In this document: one piece after another, positions 7,332-16,954 of the stretch
How positions within the stretch are numbered: position 1 is the first letter of the stretch
How the letters are laid out: each line of letters opens with the position of its first letter
From: Phycisphaerae bacterium
GTDB taxonomy: Bacteria; Planctomycetota; Phycisphaerae; UBA1845
Direction of reading: 5' to 3'
Length of the DNA: 24,000 nucleotides
NCBI GenBank assembly: GCA_040235375.1
Contig: JBECKQ010000014.1
Span: forward strand, 12,368-36,367
Translations under genes and position numbers: made by a program
The notes under the pieces: generated by a model
The model's input: only the letters and a program-made list of their open reading frames with translations
What the model was told of the DNA's origin: nothing
The model's database searches: none

Positions 7332-8737
7332 TCGCCACACCGCTGAAAACCATCGCCGGCGTCATTCACGCACGCTGCTCCGCAGCGCTGCCTGACCGGG
7401 TCGTCCCCTCGATCAGCACGGACTCGCGCGAGCTTCGCTCCGGCGAGATATTCTTCGCCATCAAGGGCGAGCGCTGCGACGGCCACGACTTCATCCCGCA
7501 GGCAATCGCCAGGGGCGCGGCCGCCTGTGTCCTGCGACGTCATTCTCAGCCGCCGGCAACGACCGCCGGACCGCTGCTGGAAGTCGATGACGTGCTGGCC
7601 GCTCTCGCCCGCTTCGCACAATGGCACAGAAGGCAGTGCCGGACAACCGTGATCGCCATCACCGGCAGCAACGGCAAGACCACGACGAAGGGAATGATCG
7701 CCCACGTCCTCTCGTCGCGCATACCCGGACGGGCGTCGATCAAGAGCTACAACAATCACGTCGGCGTCCCGCTCACGCTCCTATCCTGCGAGCAGGACGA
7801 CGCGTTTCTCGTCGTCGAGATCGGCAGCAACGCGCCCGGCGAGGTCGCCACGCTCGCGGCCATGACCGAACCCGACGTCGCCGTCGTGACCTCCGTCGGC
7901 CTTGCTCACTTGGAAGGCCTCGGCGGACTTGACGGCATCCGCCGCGAAAAGCTCTCGCTCATCGAACACGTAAGACCCGATGGTTTCGCCATCGTGAATG
8001 CCGACGCCCTCGCCGGCGATGGTCCGCCGGAAATGCAGCCGGGCGTCCATCTCGTGACGTTCGGCTCCGCCGCGACCGCCGATTGCCGCATCAGCGACGC
8101 GGTCTCCGACCTCGACACAACCCGCGCCACGCTCAACGGCCAGTACACGATCGAGCTCGGCGTCCCCGGCACGCATAACACACTCAACGCCGCTGCCGCC
8201 TTCCTCGCCTGCCGCCGACTGGACCTACCCCCGGCGGCGATCCTCGCGGCGCTCAGGACGTTTCGCATGCCGTCCTTGCGGCTGAACGTTCACCGATGCC
8301 GCGGGATCACGATCATTGACGACTGCTACAATGCCAACCCGGCCAGCATGGTCGCCGCCATACGGGTGCTCGCCAGCGCGGGCGGTCGCCGCATTCTCGT
8401 CGCCGGGTGGATGGCTGAACTGGGTGATCGCTGGGAGGAACTGCATGCCGCCGTCGGCAAGTTCGCTGCCGATGCGGGGGTCCACTTGCTCGTCACCGTC
8501 GGGCGGGAGGCAGCCGCGATCGCTCGTGGAGCTGGAACGCTCTCTACTTTCCGCGTGGCCAGCGCGCAGGACGCCGCGAGAGTGCTGGCCGGCTACGTCG
8601 AACCGGGGGATACGGTCCTGATCAAGGGATCGCGCGTGGCCGGACTTGAAAAGGTCGCAGACACCCTGACCGAGATGCTGACCACGTCGCGGTTGCACGA
8701 TTGGGACGGGGAGTTGATGAACGTGTGCCCGGACTGA
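7328..8737 (+). CDS. murF: UDP-N-acetylmuramoyl-tripeptide--D-alanyl-D-alanine ligase MurF
   Basis: Mur ligase P-loop ITGSNGKTTTK and the DDCYNANP motif typical of MurF. Its ATG overlaps the murE stop (ATGA at 7328-7331), suggesting translational coupling. Confidence 0.93.
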   Translation: MIATPLKTIAGVIHARCSAALPDRVVPSISTDSRELRSGEIFFAIKGERCDGHDFIPQAIARGAAACVLRRHSQPPATTAGPLLEVDDVLAALARFAQWHRRQCRTTVIAITGSNGKTTTKGMIAHVLSSRIPGRASIKSYNNHVGVPLTLLSCEQDDAFLVVEIGSNAPGEVATLAAMTEPDVAVVTSVGLAHLEGLGGLDGIRREKLSLIEHVRPDGFAIVNADALAGDGPPEMQPGVHLVTFGSAATADCRISDAVSDLDTTRATLNGQYTIELGVPGTHNTLNAAAAFLACRRLDLPPAAILAALRTFRMPSLRLNVHRCRGITIIDDCYNANPASMVAAIRVLASAGGRRILVAGWMAELGDRWEELHAAVGKFAADAGVHLLVTVGREAAAIARGAGTLSTFRVASAQDAARVLAGYVEPGDTVLIKGSRVAGLEKVADTLTEMLTTSRLHDWDGELMNVCPD

Positions 8738-8785
8738 CCAGGGCGGTAAGCGTGGCCCATAGCCGAGTGGGAGTGGCCAACCGCA

Positions 8786-9934
8786 GTGCTGTACCATCTG
8801 TTCAAAGCGATCCTCGCGGGCCAGCACTACGCCTACGAGAACCCGCTGTTCCGCGCGGTCTGCGCGGCCTTGTTCTGCTTTGTCACGATCCTCCTGACCG
8901 CTCCCAGTGTCATCCGCATGCTCGTTCGGTTCAAGGTCGGCGATCGGCCGGAGTTTGATCACGCCACGCTCAACCAGCTCATGCGCGATAAATCGCACGT
9001 ACCCACCATGGGCGGCATCCTGATCCTCGGGTCCGTGACCGCCGCCGTTCTCCTGTTCGCCGATATCACGAATTTCTACGTCCAGATGGGCCTTTTCTGT
9101 CTTCTCTGGCTGGGTGTGCTCGGCGGCATCGACGATTGGCTGAAGCTCACCCAGCGCCGTCGCACCTCAACCCGCGACGGCCTCCGCAGCTATGAAAAGC
9201 TGCTTTTCCAGTGCGGCCTCGGCGTCCTGCTCGGGTATTTCATTTACCATTTCGGGCAGTCGAATTTCGCCGTTCTCAGCGTCTCCTCCGACCCTCACCT
9301 GCTTGAGGTCGAAGCCTACCGCGTGCTTAGTGTCCCGTTTTACAAACAGGGGATCTTCCTCTCCTCGATCACGTTCATGCTTCTGACCGTTCTCGTCACG
9401 ACCGCCACCTCGAACGCCGTCAATCTCACTGACGGCATGGACGGCCTGGCCACCGGCTGCGTCGCGATCTGCGCCCTCGTCTTCATGCTCATCAGCTACG
9501 TCGTCGGCGACGCCTACCTGGCTGGTAAGCTGCTCTTCCCCCACATCCGCCTGACGGGCGAACTGGCCGTGATTTGTGGGGCGGTTTTGGGTGCAATGGC
9601 CGGCTTTCTGTGGTACAACTGTCACCCGGCGCAGGTGTTCATGGGCGACACCGGGTCACTCTCCCTCGGGGGGATTATCGGGTACGTCGCCATCGTGACC
9701 CGCCAGGAGCTGATGCTGCTGATCGTCGGCGGTGTCTTCGTCATCGAGGCGCTGTCCGTCATCATCCAGGTCGGCTACTACAAAATGACAGGCGGTAAGC
9801 GCGTTTTCCTCTGTGCACCCATTCATCACCACTTTCACCTGGGTGGGTGGACGGAAACGCAAACGGTCATCCGCTTCTGGCTGATGGCCGCGATGTTCGC
9901 CGGGCTTGCGCTGGCGACCATCAAGCTCCGCTGA
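8786..9934 (+). CDS. mraY: Phospho-N-acetylmuramoyl-pentapeptide transferase MraY
   Basis: Polytopic membrane protein with MraY signatures NAVNLTDGMDGLA, FMGDTGSLSLGG and PIHHHFHLGGW. GTG start at 8786. Confidence 0.93.
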   Translation: MLYHLFKAILAGQHYAYENPLFRAVCAALFCFVTILLTAPSVIRMLVRFKVGDRPEFDHATLNQLMRDKSHVPTMGGILILGSVTAAVLLFADITNFYVQMGLFCLLWLGVLGGIDDWLKLTQRRRTSTRDGLRSYEKLLFQCGLGVLLGYFIYHFGQSNFAVLSVSSDPHLLEVEAYRVLSVPFYKQGIFLSSITFMLLTVLVTTATSNAVNLTDGMDGLATGCVAICALVFMLISYVVGDAYLAGKLLFPHIRLTGELAVICGAVLGAMAGFLWYNCHPAQVFMGDTGSLSLGGIIGYVAIVTRQELMLLIVGGVFVIEALSVIIQVGYYKMTGGKRVFLCAPIHHHFHLGGWTETQTVIRFWLMAAMFAGLALATIKLR

Positions 9935-10001
9935 AGCGTGCAACGGATTGCACCGGCCCCGTAACGGCCGAAACGCGAACACGGCTCAAGGACGACGCCG
10001 T

Positions 10002-11231
10002 ATGTCGAACCCCGACTGTTACGCTCCATCCAACGCCACCGGCATCGTCATGCTCACCGCCGCGCTCATGACCATCGGCCTGGTGATGGTCGCGTCCGCG
10101 GGGGCCAGCGTTGACGCGCCGATTCTCGGCGAGCGCTTCTGGCAGTATCCGCTCGGGCGCCAGGCGATGTTCTCCGCCGCCGGCTTCATCGCCATGCTGC
10201 TCGTCTCGCACGGCGGGCACCGGCTTTTCGCGTGGCGGCGCGGACTCTTTCAACCTGCGATCGCCTTGTTCGTTGTCGCCGTTGCCGGCCTCGTTTACAC
10301 CCTGCTATTCGGCGCCGAACGCAACGGCGCCCGGCGCTGGGTGCAGATGGGTCCGCCCTCTTACGGCCTGTCGATCCAGCCATCGGAGATCGCCAAGGTC
10401 GCGCTCATCGTGCTGCTGGCCGCGTGGCTCGCCGGCCGGCGCACCGAGCTTCGCTCTTTCTGGCGCGGCCTGCTGCCCGCGGTGGCTGCCGTGGGACTCG
10501 CCGTCGGGCTTGTAGCCGTCGAGGACTTCGGCACCGGTGCACTGCTGGCCGCGGTCGGCGCGACCATGCTGATTGTCGGCGGAGCGCGCCTGCGGCATCT
10601 TCTCCTGCTCGCCGGGCCGGCGGTTGCGGCCATGGCCGCACTGATTCTCAGCAAGCCGTTTCGCATCCAGCGTCTCACCACGTTCCTCAACATCTGGGAG
10701 GACCCGCAAGGCGTCGGCTACCATCCCATCCAGTCGCTCGTGACCATCGCCTCTGGCGGGATAGGGGGCCGCGGGCTCGGCGCGGGCGTTCAGAAGTATG
10801 GCTACCTACCCGAAGCCCGCAGCGACTTCATCTTCTCGGTGATCTGCGAGGAGACCGGCCTGATCGGCGGCCTCGTGGTCATCGCCCTGTTTGTGGCGTT
10901 GCTTTGGCTCGGCTGGCGCGTCGTGCGCAGCGCGTCCTCGTCGTACGAATCGTTGCTCGCGTTCGGGTTCACTGCGCTGGTGACATTGCAGGCCGCCATG
11001 AACATCGCCGTCGTCACCGTCTGCGCACCGACAAAAGGAATCTCGCTGCCCCTGGTTTCGGCCGGCGGCAGCGGCGTCGTTTTTCTGGGAATCGGCATCG
11101 GGCTCCTTGTCTCCGTCGCCCGCGGCGGCAGTGCGCGCATCGCCGTGCCCGCTGGCGAGGCCGAGTGGCCCGTCCCTGCCGACGGCGGCTTCGCAATGAT
11201 CGAAACGCCCATGACGACCCAAGCTTCGTAA
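10002..11231 (+). CDS. ftsW: SEDS-family peptidoglycan glycosyltransferase, FtsW by position (FtsW/RodA family)
   Basis: SEDS motifs QPSEIAKVALIVLLAAWL, GGIGGRGLGAG, LPEARSDFIFSVICEETGLIGG and ISLPLVSAGGSG. Located between mraY and murG. ATG 10002 begins the hydrophobic protein, and the tracked start at 9906 overlaps mraY. Confidence 0.88.
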   Translation: MSNPDCYAPSNATGIVMLTAALMTIGLVMVASAGASVDAPILGERFWQYPLGRQAMFSAAGFIAMLLVSHGGHRLFAWRRGLFQPAIALFVVAVAGLVYTLLFGAERNGARRWVQMGPPSYGLSIQPSEIAKVALIVLLAAWLAGRRTELRSFWRGLLPAVAAVGLAVGLVAVEDFGTGALLAAVGATMLIVGGARLRHLLLLAGPAVAAMAALILSKPFRIQRLTTFLNIWEDPQGVGYHPIQSLVTIASGGIGGRGLGAGVQKYGYLPEARSDFIFSVICEETGLIGGLVVIALFVALLWLGWRVVRSASSSYESLLAFGFTALVTLQAAMNIAVVTVCAPTKGISLPLVSAGGSGVVFLGIGIGLLVSVARGGSARIAVPAGEAEWPVPADGGFAMIETPMTTQAS

Positions 11232-11254
11232 CGCCCCGGGAGAGATCAACCGCC

Positions 11255-12451
11255 ATGGATTCCGCCACGACCGTTCTCGACAGTACGACAATGCCGCCGA
11301 TGCCTTCGGCCGGCGGGGGCGAAGGGCCGCTGATCGTCTTTGCCGGCGGCGGCACAGGCGGCCATCTGTACCCGGCCCTGGCCGTCGCGGACGTCATCCG
11401 GCTGGGCGAGCCGTCTGCCCGCTTCGTGTTCTTCGGCACCCGCCGGCGGATCGACGCCGACGTGCTTGCCTCGACTGGAAACACGCTCATTGCCCAGTCA
11501 CTCACGCCGCCTACGGCCATCCCCTGGCGGTGGCCCGGCCTGATCCAAACGTGGCGCAGCTCAATGGCGGACTGCCGGAGGTACTTCCGGGCCAACCGGC
11601 CGGCCGTCGTCGTCGGCACCGGGGCATTCGCCAGTGTACCCCCGGTCTGGCAGGCAGCCCGCATGGGCATCCCCACGGCGATCCTGAATCCAGACGCCGT
11701 CCCGGGCCGCGCGAACCGCTTCCTCGCTCGCCGGGTGCACAGCCTCCTCGCCCAGTGGGCCGAATCCACCGAGCACTTCGGGCCGCGGGTCAACGTCGTC
11801 GTGACCGGGTGCCCGATCCGCAAACAGTTCGCCACGGCCGACCATGCGCACGGCATCGCCCGCTTCGGCCTGCGCCCGGAACGCAAGACGCTTCTGATAA
11901 CAGGCGCGTCGCTCGGCGCGCACTCGGTGAACGTGGCCCTGATGGCTCTCGCACCACGCCTTGTGAAGCTGGCCGATTGGCAGATTCTCCACCTGACCGG
12001 CAAGTTGGACCTCGCGAGCGTCGAGGCCGCGTATGAGGACGCCGGCGCGGCCGCAACCTGTCTCGCCTACACCGATGACATGCCGCTGGCCCTGGCCGCG
12101 GCGGACCTCGTCGTGGCTCGCGCAGGGGCGTCCACCCTGGCGGAGATCACCGCCGTCGGCCGCCCAGCCATCCTTATGCCCTATCCGCACCATCGCGACG
12201 AGCACCAGTTGGTGAACGCCCGCATTCTCGCCTCGCGTGGAGCGGCGTGGATCGTGCGGGATGAGCCGAATCCCCAACAGACAATCGAGAGGCTCGGTTC
12301 GCTTCTCACCGATTTGATGTCGGATGAAAACCAGCGCGCTCAGATGGCACTTTGTGCGCGGCGAATCGGTTCGCCGCGCGCGGCGGATGCCGTCGCAGAG
12401 CGCGTTCTCGAAATTGCGGAATGCCGAATGAAGATTGCCTCGCGACAGTGA
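11255..12451 (+). CDS. murG: Undecaprenyldiphospho-muramoylpentapeptide beta-N-acetylglucosaminyltransferase MurG
   Basis: G-loop FAGGGTGGHLYPALAVA. C-terminal RAGASTLAEITAVGRPAILMPYPHHRDEHQLVNA matches the MurG UDP-GlcNAc-binding region. ATG 11255 is in frame with the tracked 10232-12451 ORF, whose first 341 codons are an Arg/Pro-rich artefact overlapping ftsW. Confidence 0.92.
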   Translation: MDSATTVLDSTTMPPMPSAGGGEGPLIVFAGGGTGGHLYPALAVADVIRLGEPSARFVFFGTRRRIDADVLASTGNTLIAQSLTPPTAIPWRWPGLIQTWRSSMADCRRYFRANRPAVVVGTGAFASVPPVWQAARMGIPTAILNPDAVPGRANRFLARRVHSLLAQWAESTEHFGPRVNVVVTGCPIRKQFATADHAHGIARFGLRPERKTLLITGASLGAHSVNVALMALAPRLVKLADWQILHLTGKLDLASVEAAYEDAGAAATCLAYTDDMPLALAAADLVVARAGASTLAEITAVGRPAILMPYPHHRDEHQLVNARILASRGAAWIVRDEPNPQQTIERLGSLLTDLMSDENQRAQMALCARRIGSPRAADAVAERVLEIAECRMKIASRQ

Positions 12452-12480
12452 AGAAATCGAAGCGCCCAGGACGATGAAAA

Positions 12481-12534
12481 GAATGGCGTGTTCTGGGGCG
12501 CGGTCATGCTCAGCCACACGGGCTCACGCCATTC
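12481..12534 (+). repeat. 10-bp inverted repeat (GAATGGCGTG / CACGCCATTC) in the murG-murC gap
   Basis: Arms at 12481-12490 and 12525-12534 with a 34-nt spacer. It lies inside a 233-bp non-coding interruption of the otherwise tight dcw cluster. Confidence 0.45.
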
Positions 12535-12684
12535 GTGTTCTTAAACGTTCGAACCGTTCGCCGGCGTGCATTTGTCACGGCGGAACATAGCGCCGGTGCT
12601 CCTGCGGCAATCAACGTACGGGCCGCTCATGACGGTCGAACCGACGCAGGCAGTCAGCGGCGGCCTCCCGCCGAGGGGTAACAG

Positions 12685-14106
12685 ATGATCAGTATGCCAT
12701 CCCAGCCGGCTTCGCACGACGAACGTCTCGCCGTCTTCAAGGGCCTGCGCGTCCACTGCATCGGCATCGGCGGCAGTGGGATGCTCGGCGCGGCCAAGCT
12801 CCTGCTGCACAGCGGCGCCAACGTGAGCGGCTCGGACATGCAGACGTTCGAGGGGGCGGGCGAGCTCGTTGCAGTCGGGGCGACCGTGCACTTCTTTCAC
12901 AGCGCCGAGCACGTGCATGAGGGCATCGACTTCGTCGTACGCAGCGCGGCCGTGCCGGACGACAATCCGGAAGTCGCCGCCGCCCGGCAGTGTTCAATAC
13001 CGATCATCTGCTACGCCGAGTTGTTGGGCCGGATCGCCGCCTCTCGCGTAGGCGTATCGGTGGCCGGCACGCATGGCAAGACGACGACCACCGCCCTGAC
13101 CGCCCACGTTTTCAGAACCGCCGGCCTCGAACCCTCGTTTATCTGCGGCGCGGTCTCGCCGCAGCTCGGCGGGAGCAGCGGCGTGGGCGACGGCCCGCAC
13201 TTCATCATCGAATCATGCGAGTACGCCCGTTCTTTCCTCAACCTCTGGCCGCAGAGCGCCGCGATCCTCAACGTCGACGCCGACCACCTGGATTTCTACA
13301 CCGATCTCGACGACATCATCGCCACGTTCGCCACGTTCGCGGGCCAGATCTCCCCGAGCGGCCTGCTGGCCGTCAACTTTGACGACCTGCGGGCCCGTCG
13401 GGCGGCTGAAAACGCGCGTTGCCGCGTCGAGACCTTCGGCCTCGGACGCGACGCCGACTGGCGGGCCTGCGGTCTGCACCTCGTGGACGGCTGCTACTCG
13501 TTCAGTGTCCTGCACCATGGCGAGCGAATCTTCAACTGCGCCCTGCGCATCGCGGGCACACACAACGTCAGCAACAGCCTCGCGGCCATCGTGCTCGCTC
13601 ACCACGCGGGCATTCCGGCCGACAGGATTGCCGAGGGGGTCAGCTCGTTCGAGGGCGTCCGCCGGCGGATGACCCTCTGCGGCAAGGTCCGCGGCGTGAC
13701 CGTTCTGGACGACTACGCCCACCACCCCACGGAAATCAGGGCCACCCTCCGCGCCGTTCGAAGCCGGTATGCCCCCCGCCGGTGCTGGGTCGTGTTTCAG
13801 CCGCACCAGGCGTCACGCACCCGCAAGCTGCTTAAGGAGTTCGGCGGCGCGTTTGAGGACGCCGATTTTGTCCTCATCCCGGATATTTACAGTGTGCGTG
13901 ACACCGAAGAGGATCGACAGGCTATCAACTCGAACGGGCTCGTTCAACTGCTGTGCTCGACCGGCAAGGTCTCGTGCTATTTGCCGACGTTCGAAGCCGT
14001 AACCGAGCACTTGGAACGCAATCTCACCGCCGGCGACCTTGTCATCACGATGGGCGCCGGCGATGTCTGGAAGGTCGCCGATGGATTGGTCAAACGGGTT
14101 TGCTGA
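12685..14106 (+). CDS. murC: UDP-N-acetylmuramate--L-alanine ligase MurC
   Basis: N-terminal Rossmann HCIGIGGSGMLGAAKLL, Mur ligase P-loop VAGTHGKTTTT, and DDYAHHPTEI typical of MurC. ATG 12685 is preceded by GAGGGG. Confidence 0.93.
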   Translation: MISMPSQPASHDERLAVFKGLRVHCIGIGGSGMLGAAKLLLHSGANVSGSDMQTFEGAGELVAVGATVHFFHSAEHVHEGIDFVVRSAAVPDDNPEVAAARQCSIPIICYAELLGRIAASRVGVSVAGTHGKTTTTALTAHVFRTAGLEPSFICGAVSPQLGGSSGVGDGPHFIIESCEYARSFLNLWPQSAAILNVDADHLDFYTDLDDIIATFATFAGQISPSGLLAVNFDDLRARRAAENARCRVETFGLGRDADWRACGLHLVDGCYSFSVLHHGERIFNCALRIAGTHNVSNSLAAIVLAHHAGIPADRIAEGVSSFEGVRRRMTLCGKVRGVTVLDDYAHHPTEIRATLRAVRSRYAPRRCWVVFQPHQASRTRKLLKEFGGAFEDADFVLIPDIYSVRDTEEDRQAINSNGLVQLLCSTGKVSCYLPTFEAVTEHLERNLTAGDLVITMGAGDVWKVADGLVKRVC

Positions 14107-14959
14107 ACGACTGCGGTCGAGCGTGCCGCTCGCCGAGCTGACCTGGTTCGGCCTGGGTGGTAGTGCGCGCCACATGGTCTCGCCGCGTAACGTCGGCGAA
14201 CTCAGCACCGCCGTGCGCGCCGTCGCGTCGGCCGGCATCCCCTGCCGCGTACTCGGCGGCGGAGCCAACGTCCTCGTCCGCGACGACGGGTTTGACGGAC
14301 TGGTAATCCGGCTGGACGAGCCGGCCTTCACCAAGGTGCACTTCGACGAGGACGGCGTGACCGCCGGCGCCGGTCGCGACCTGATGCACCTCGCCCGCGA
14401 CTGTGCGTATCGCGGCATGTCGGGCCTCGAGTGCATGGCGGGCATACCCGGCACGGTCGGCGGGGCCATCACCATGAACGCCGGTGGCCGGTTTGGCGAG
14501 ATCGGCGACGTGGTCGAACGCGTCCGCCTGATGGATCGGGACGGGCGCCTGGCCGATCTGCGGGCCGAAGACCTCGGCTTCGCCTACCGCCGCTCCAATG
14601 TGCGCGACCGCATCGTCATCGAGGCGGTGCTACGCCTGACGCCCGCACCGGCGGAGGAAGTCCGGGCCCGTTTCCACGAGATATGGGCCCTCAAGAGCGC
14701 CTCGCAACCGCTGGCCGACCACTGTGCGGGCTGCATCTTCAAGAACCCGCCGGGCGATTCCGCCGGCCGCATCATCGACGCCGCCGGCCTCAAGGGCGCC
14801 ACCCGCGGACACGCCCGCGTCTCCGATCGGCACGCCAACTTCATCGTCGCCGACCGCGGGGCCACGGCCACGGAGGTTCTCGCCCTCGTCGAACACGTGC
14901 GGACCACCGTCTATGACCGCACAGGCCAGCGATTGGAACTGGAGATCGACGTTTGGTAA
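14081..14959 (+). CDS. murB: UDP-N-acetylenolpyruvoylglucosamine reductase MurB
   Basis: FAD-binding MurB motifs TWFGLGGSA, VLGGGANVLV and GIPGTVGGAITMNAGG, plus the C-terminal HANFIV motif. The start is uncertain (14081 preferred, 14063 and 14039 possible). All candidates overlap the murC 3' end. Confidence 0.9.
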   Translation: MDWSNGFAERLRSSVPLAELTWFGLGGSARHMVSPRNVGELSTAVRAVASAGIPCRVLGGGANVLVRDDGFDGLVIRLDEPAFTKVHFDEDGVTAGAGRDLMHLARDCAYRGMSGLECMAGIPGTVGGAITMNAGGRFGEIGDVVERVRLMDRDGRLADLRAEDLGFAYRRSNVRDRIVIEAVLRLTPAPAEEVRARFHEIWALKSASQPLADHCAGCIFKNPPGDSAGRIIDAAGLKGATRGHARVSDRHANFIVADRGATATEVLALVEHVRTTVYDRTGQRLELEIDVW

Positions 14960-15006
14960 AACCGCGCATGCGATAGCCAATATAAACCAGGAAGGATGCG
15001 ATCGTC

Positions 15007-15975
15007 ATGGATGACGTCACTCGACCCGCCCGCCTTGATGCGCCGCCCGGCGCCGCCGATATTGCCCTGCTCGACATCACCGTTCTTGCCGGCGGACCGA
15101 GCGACGAACGCGAGGTCAGCATCGCCAGCGGCAGCGCGATCGCCGCCGCACTTAGTCGGATCGGGCATCGCGTCACGGTTAGCGATATCTCGCCAGACAA
15201 CCTGACGTCTCTCGATCGCCCTGCGGACATCGTCTTCATCGCCCTGCACGGCGCGTTTGGCGAAGACGGGCAACTCCAGGAGACGCTCGAACGCCGCGGG
15301 ATCACCTTCACCGGTACCGGCGCCGCCGCCAGCGCCATCGTCATGAACAAGGCGAAGACGAAGCAGCGTCTCATCGAGTGCGGCCTGCCGACGCCGCGGT
15401 TCGACGTCGCCACGCACTCGCGCATCGTCGCCGCCGCGCGCCGCTGGCGCCTGCCGGTCATCGTCAAGCCGGTCGATTCGGGCAGCAGCGTGGATACCGT
15501 CATTGCCCGCGACCGCCACCGTTTCCTTCACGCGGTAACGGCCGTGGTCCGCAAGCACAGCCAGGCGATGATTGAGGAGTTGATCGAAGGGCCCGAGCTG
15601 ACGGTCGGCATCCTCGGCAATCGCGCCCTGCCGGTCATCGAGATCCGCACGAAACGCGAATTCTATGACTACCAGGCGAAATACATCGACGACGACACCG
15701 AGTATCTGTTTGACATCGACCTGCCGCGCGAACTGCTTCGTCGCATACAGACGATGAGCGTTCAGGCGGCGACCGCATTGGAATGCCGCGATTTCTGCCG
15801 CGTCGACTGGATGGTGGACGCCATCACGCACGAGCCGTTCATCCTCGAACTGAACACGATTCCCGGCTTCACGAGCCACTCGCTCCTGCCGAAGGCGGCC
15901 GCCAAGGCCGGCATCCCGTTCGACGAACTGTGCCAGCAGATCATCAACCTGGCCAGGCAACGCGCGAGGAGGTGA
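15007..15975 (+). CDS. ddl: D-alanine--D-alanine ligase
   Basis: ATP-grasp Ddl motifs FIALHGAFGEDGQLQ, VIVKPVDSGSSV and CRVDWMV...ILELNTIPGFTSHSL. AGGAAGGA RBS lies upstream of ATG 15007. Confidence 0.92.
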   Translation: MDDVTRPARLDAPPGAADIALLDITVLAGGPSDEREVSIASGSAIAAALSRIGHRVTVSDISPDNLTSLDRPADIVFIALHGAFGEDGQLQETLERRGITFTGTGAAASAIVMNKAKTKQRLIECGLPTPRFDVATHSRIVAAARRWRLPVIVKPVDSGSSVDTVIARDRHRFLHAVTAVVRKHSQAMIEELIEGPELTVGILGNRALPVIEIRTKREFYDYQAKYIDDDTEYLFDIDLPRELLRRIQTMSVQAATALECRDFCRVDWMVDAITHEPFILELNTIPGFTSHSLLPKAAAKAGIPFDELCQQIINLARQRARR

Positions 15976-15997
15976 CGGCGCACGCAGCCAGCATGAG

Positions 15998-16882
15998 ATG
16001 AGCCGCAAGAAAAAGGAAAAGAAATCCCCCTTCTTCGCGCGCTGGCGGCGCGACCGCCCTGGGCCTGCGCGGGCTGTGCGCCCAGCGGGCCGGCGACCGC
16101 TACTTTTCATCGCCAAGGCACTGGCGGTTCTGGTGACTTTCGCCGGCGGAGCGTTTGGCCTGTACAAGCTTCAGCAAAGCGTGTTGGCGGCGCCCTCCTA
16201 CAACGCCCCGGCGCGGATCCACCTCGTTGACGTGCCGAAGGACATCGAAGAGCAGATGGCCGGCGCCATGCGCCCCTTCGCGGACACGCCCTGGACCGAC
16301 GACCACCTTTGCGAGCAGATCGCTGCCTCCCTGACGGCGACCGGCTGGGTGGACCGCGTCCTCCGCGTGCAGCGCTTCGCCGATCGCCGCATCGAGGTCC
16401 ATTGCCGCTACCGAACTCCTCTCGCTCTCGTGCAGATGGGCAGCGGCTTCTACCTCGTGGACGACCACGGCGTCCGCCTCCCCGGCAGGTACGTCAACGA
16501 CCCCGCCTTCATGCTCATTCAAGGCGTGAGCACCACGCCACCCTCCGCCGGCTGCCTCTGGGACGCGCCCGACCTCCGTGCGGCGGTTCGATTGGTCAAG
16601 CTGCTGATCAACGAACCCTTCGCCACCCAGATCACCGCGGTCCAGGTGCACAATTTCGCCGGCCGCGTTGACCCCCGCGAGGGCCACATCCGGCTGGCGA
16701 CCAATCAGCCCGGCAGCCAGATTGTCTGGGGCTCTCCCGTGGGTGAGGAAATCGAGGAGAACACGGCGGAGCAGAAACTGGCAATTCTCCGCGCCAATTA
16801 TCACCGTTTCGGCCGAATCGACGCCGACCGTCGCCTGATCGACATCTCCGTCCACCCCGATCGGGTCAATGCCCCCGCCTGA
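15998..16882 (+). CDS. ftsQ: Cell division protein FtsQ/DivIB-like (bitopic, POTRA domain)
   Basis: Basic cytoplasmic N-terminus, a single TM (LLFIAKALAVLVTFAGGAFGLY), then a POTRA-like segment VDRVLRVQRFADRRIEVHCRYRTPLALVQMGSGFYLVDDHGVRLP. Located immediately after ddl, as in canonical dcw clusters. Confidence 0.75.
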   Translation: MSRKKKEKKSPFFARWRRDRPGPARAVRPAGRRPLLFIAKALAVLVTFAGGAFGLYKLQQSVLAAPSYNAPARIHLVDVPKDIEEQMAGAMRPFADTPWTDDHLCEQIAASLTATGWVDRVLRVQRFADRRIEVHCRYRTPLALVQMGSGFYLVDDHGVRLPGRYVNDPAFMLIQGVSTTPPSAGCLWDAPDLRAAVRLVKLLINEPFATQITAVQVHNFAGRVDPREGHIRLATNQPGSQIVWGSPVGEEIEENTAEQKLAILRANYHRFGRIDADRRLIDISVHPDRVNAPA

Positions 16883-16954
16883 CGGCGACCGGGGTCTTGT
16901 CGCGCGCCGACTGCGCTGTACAAAGTGATTCGCAACCGCGGGAGCAGCAGAAAC

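Noticed and set aside
10232-11254. Upstream 341 codons of the tracked 739-aa ORF (10232-12451), which would give a giant MurG fusion
   Set aside because: This part overlaps ftsW out of frame and translates to Arg/Pro/Ala-rich sequence. The recognisable MurG begins at ATG 11255, just after the ftsW stop.
11014-12517. Minus-strand ORFs of 329 aa (11014-12003) and 318 aa (11561-12517) antisense to murG
   Set aside because: Both are antisense to a motif-verified gene. They have Arg-rich, domain-less translations and overlap each other in different frames.
14911-16167. 418-aa minus-strand ORF antisense to ddl and the ftsQ 5' end
   Set aside because: ddl on the + strand carries full ATP-grasp motifs. 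The antisense product is low-complexity (Arg/Ala/Asp-rich), so this is a GC-driven open frame.
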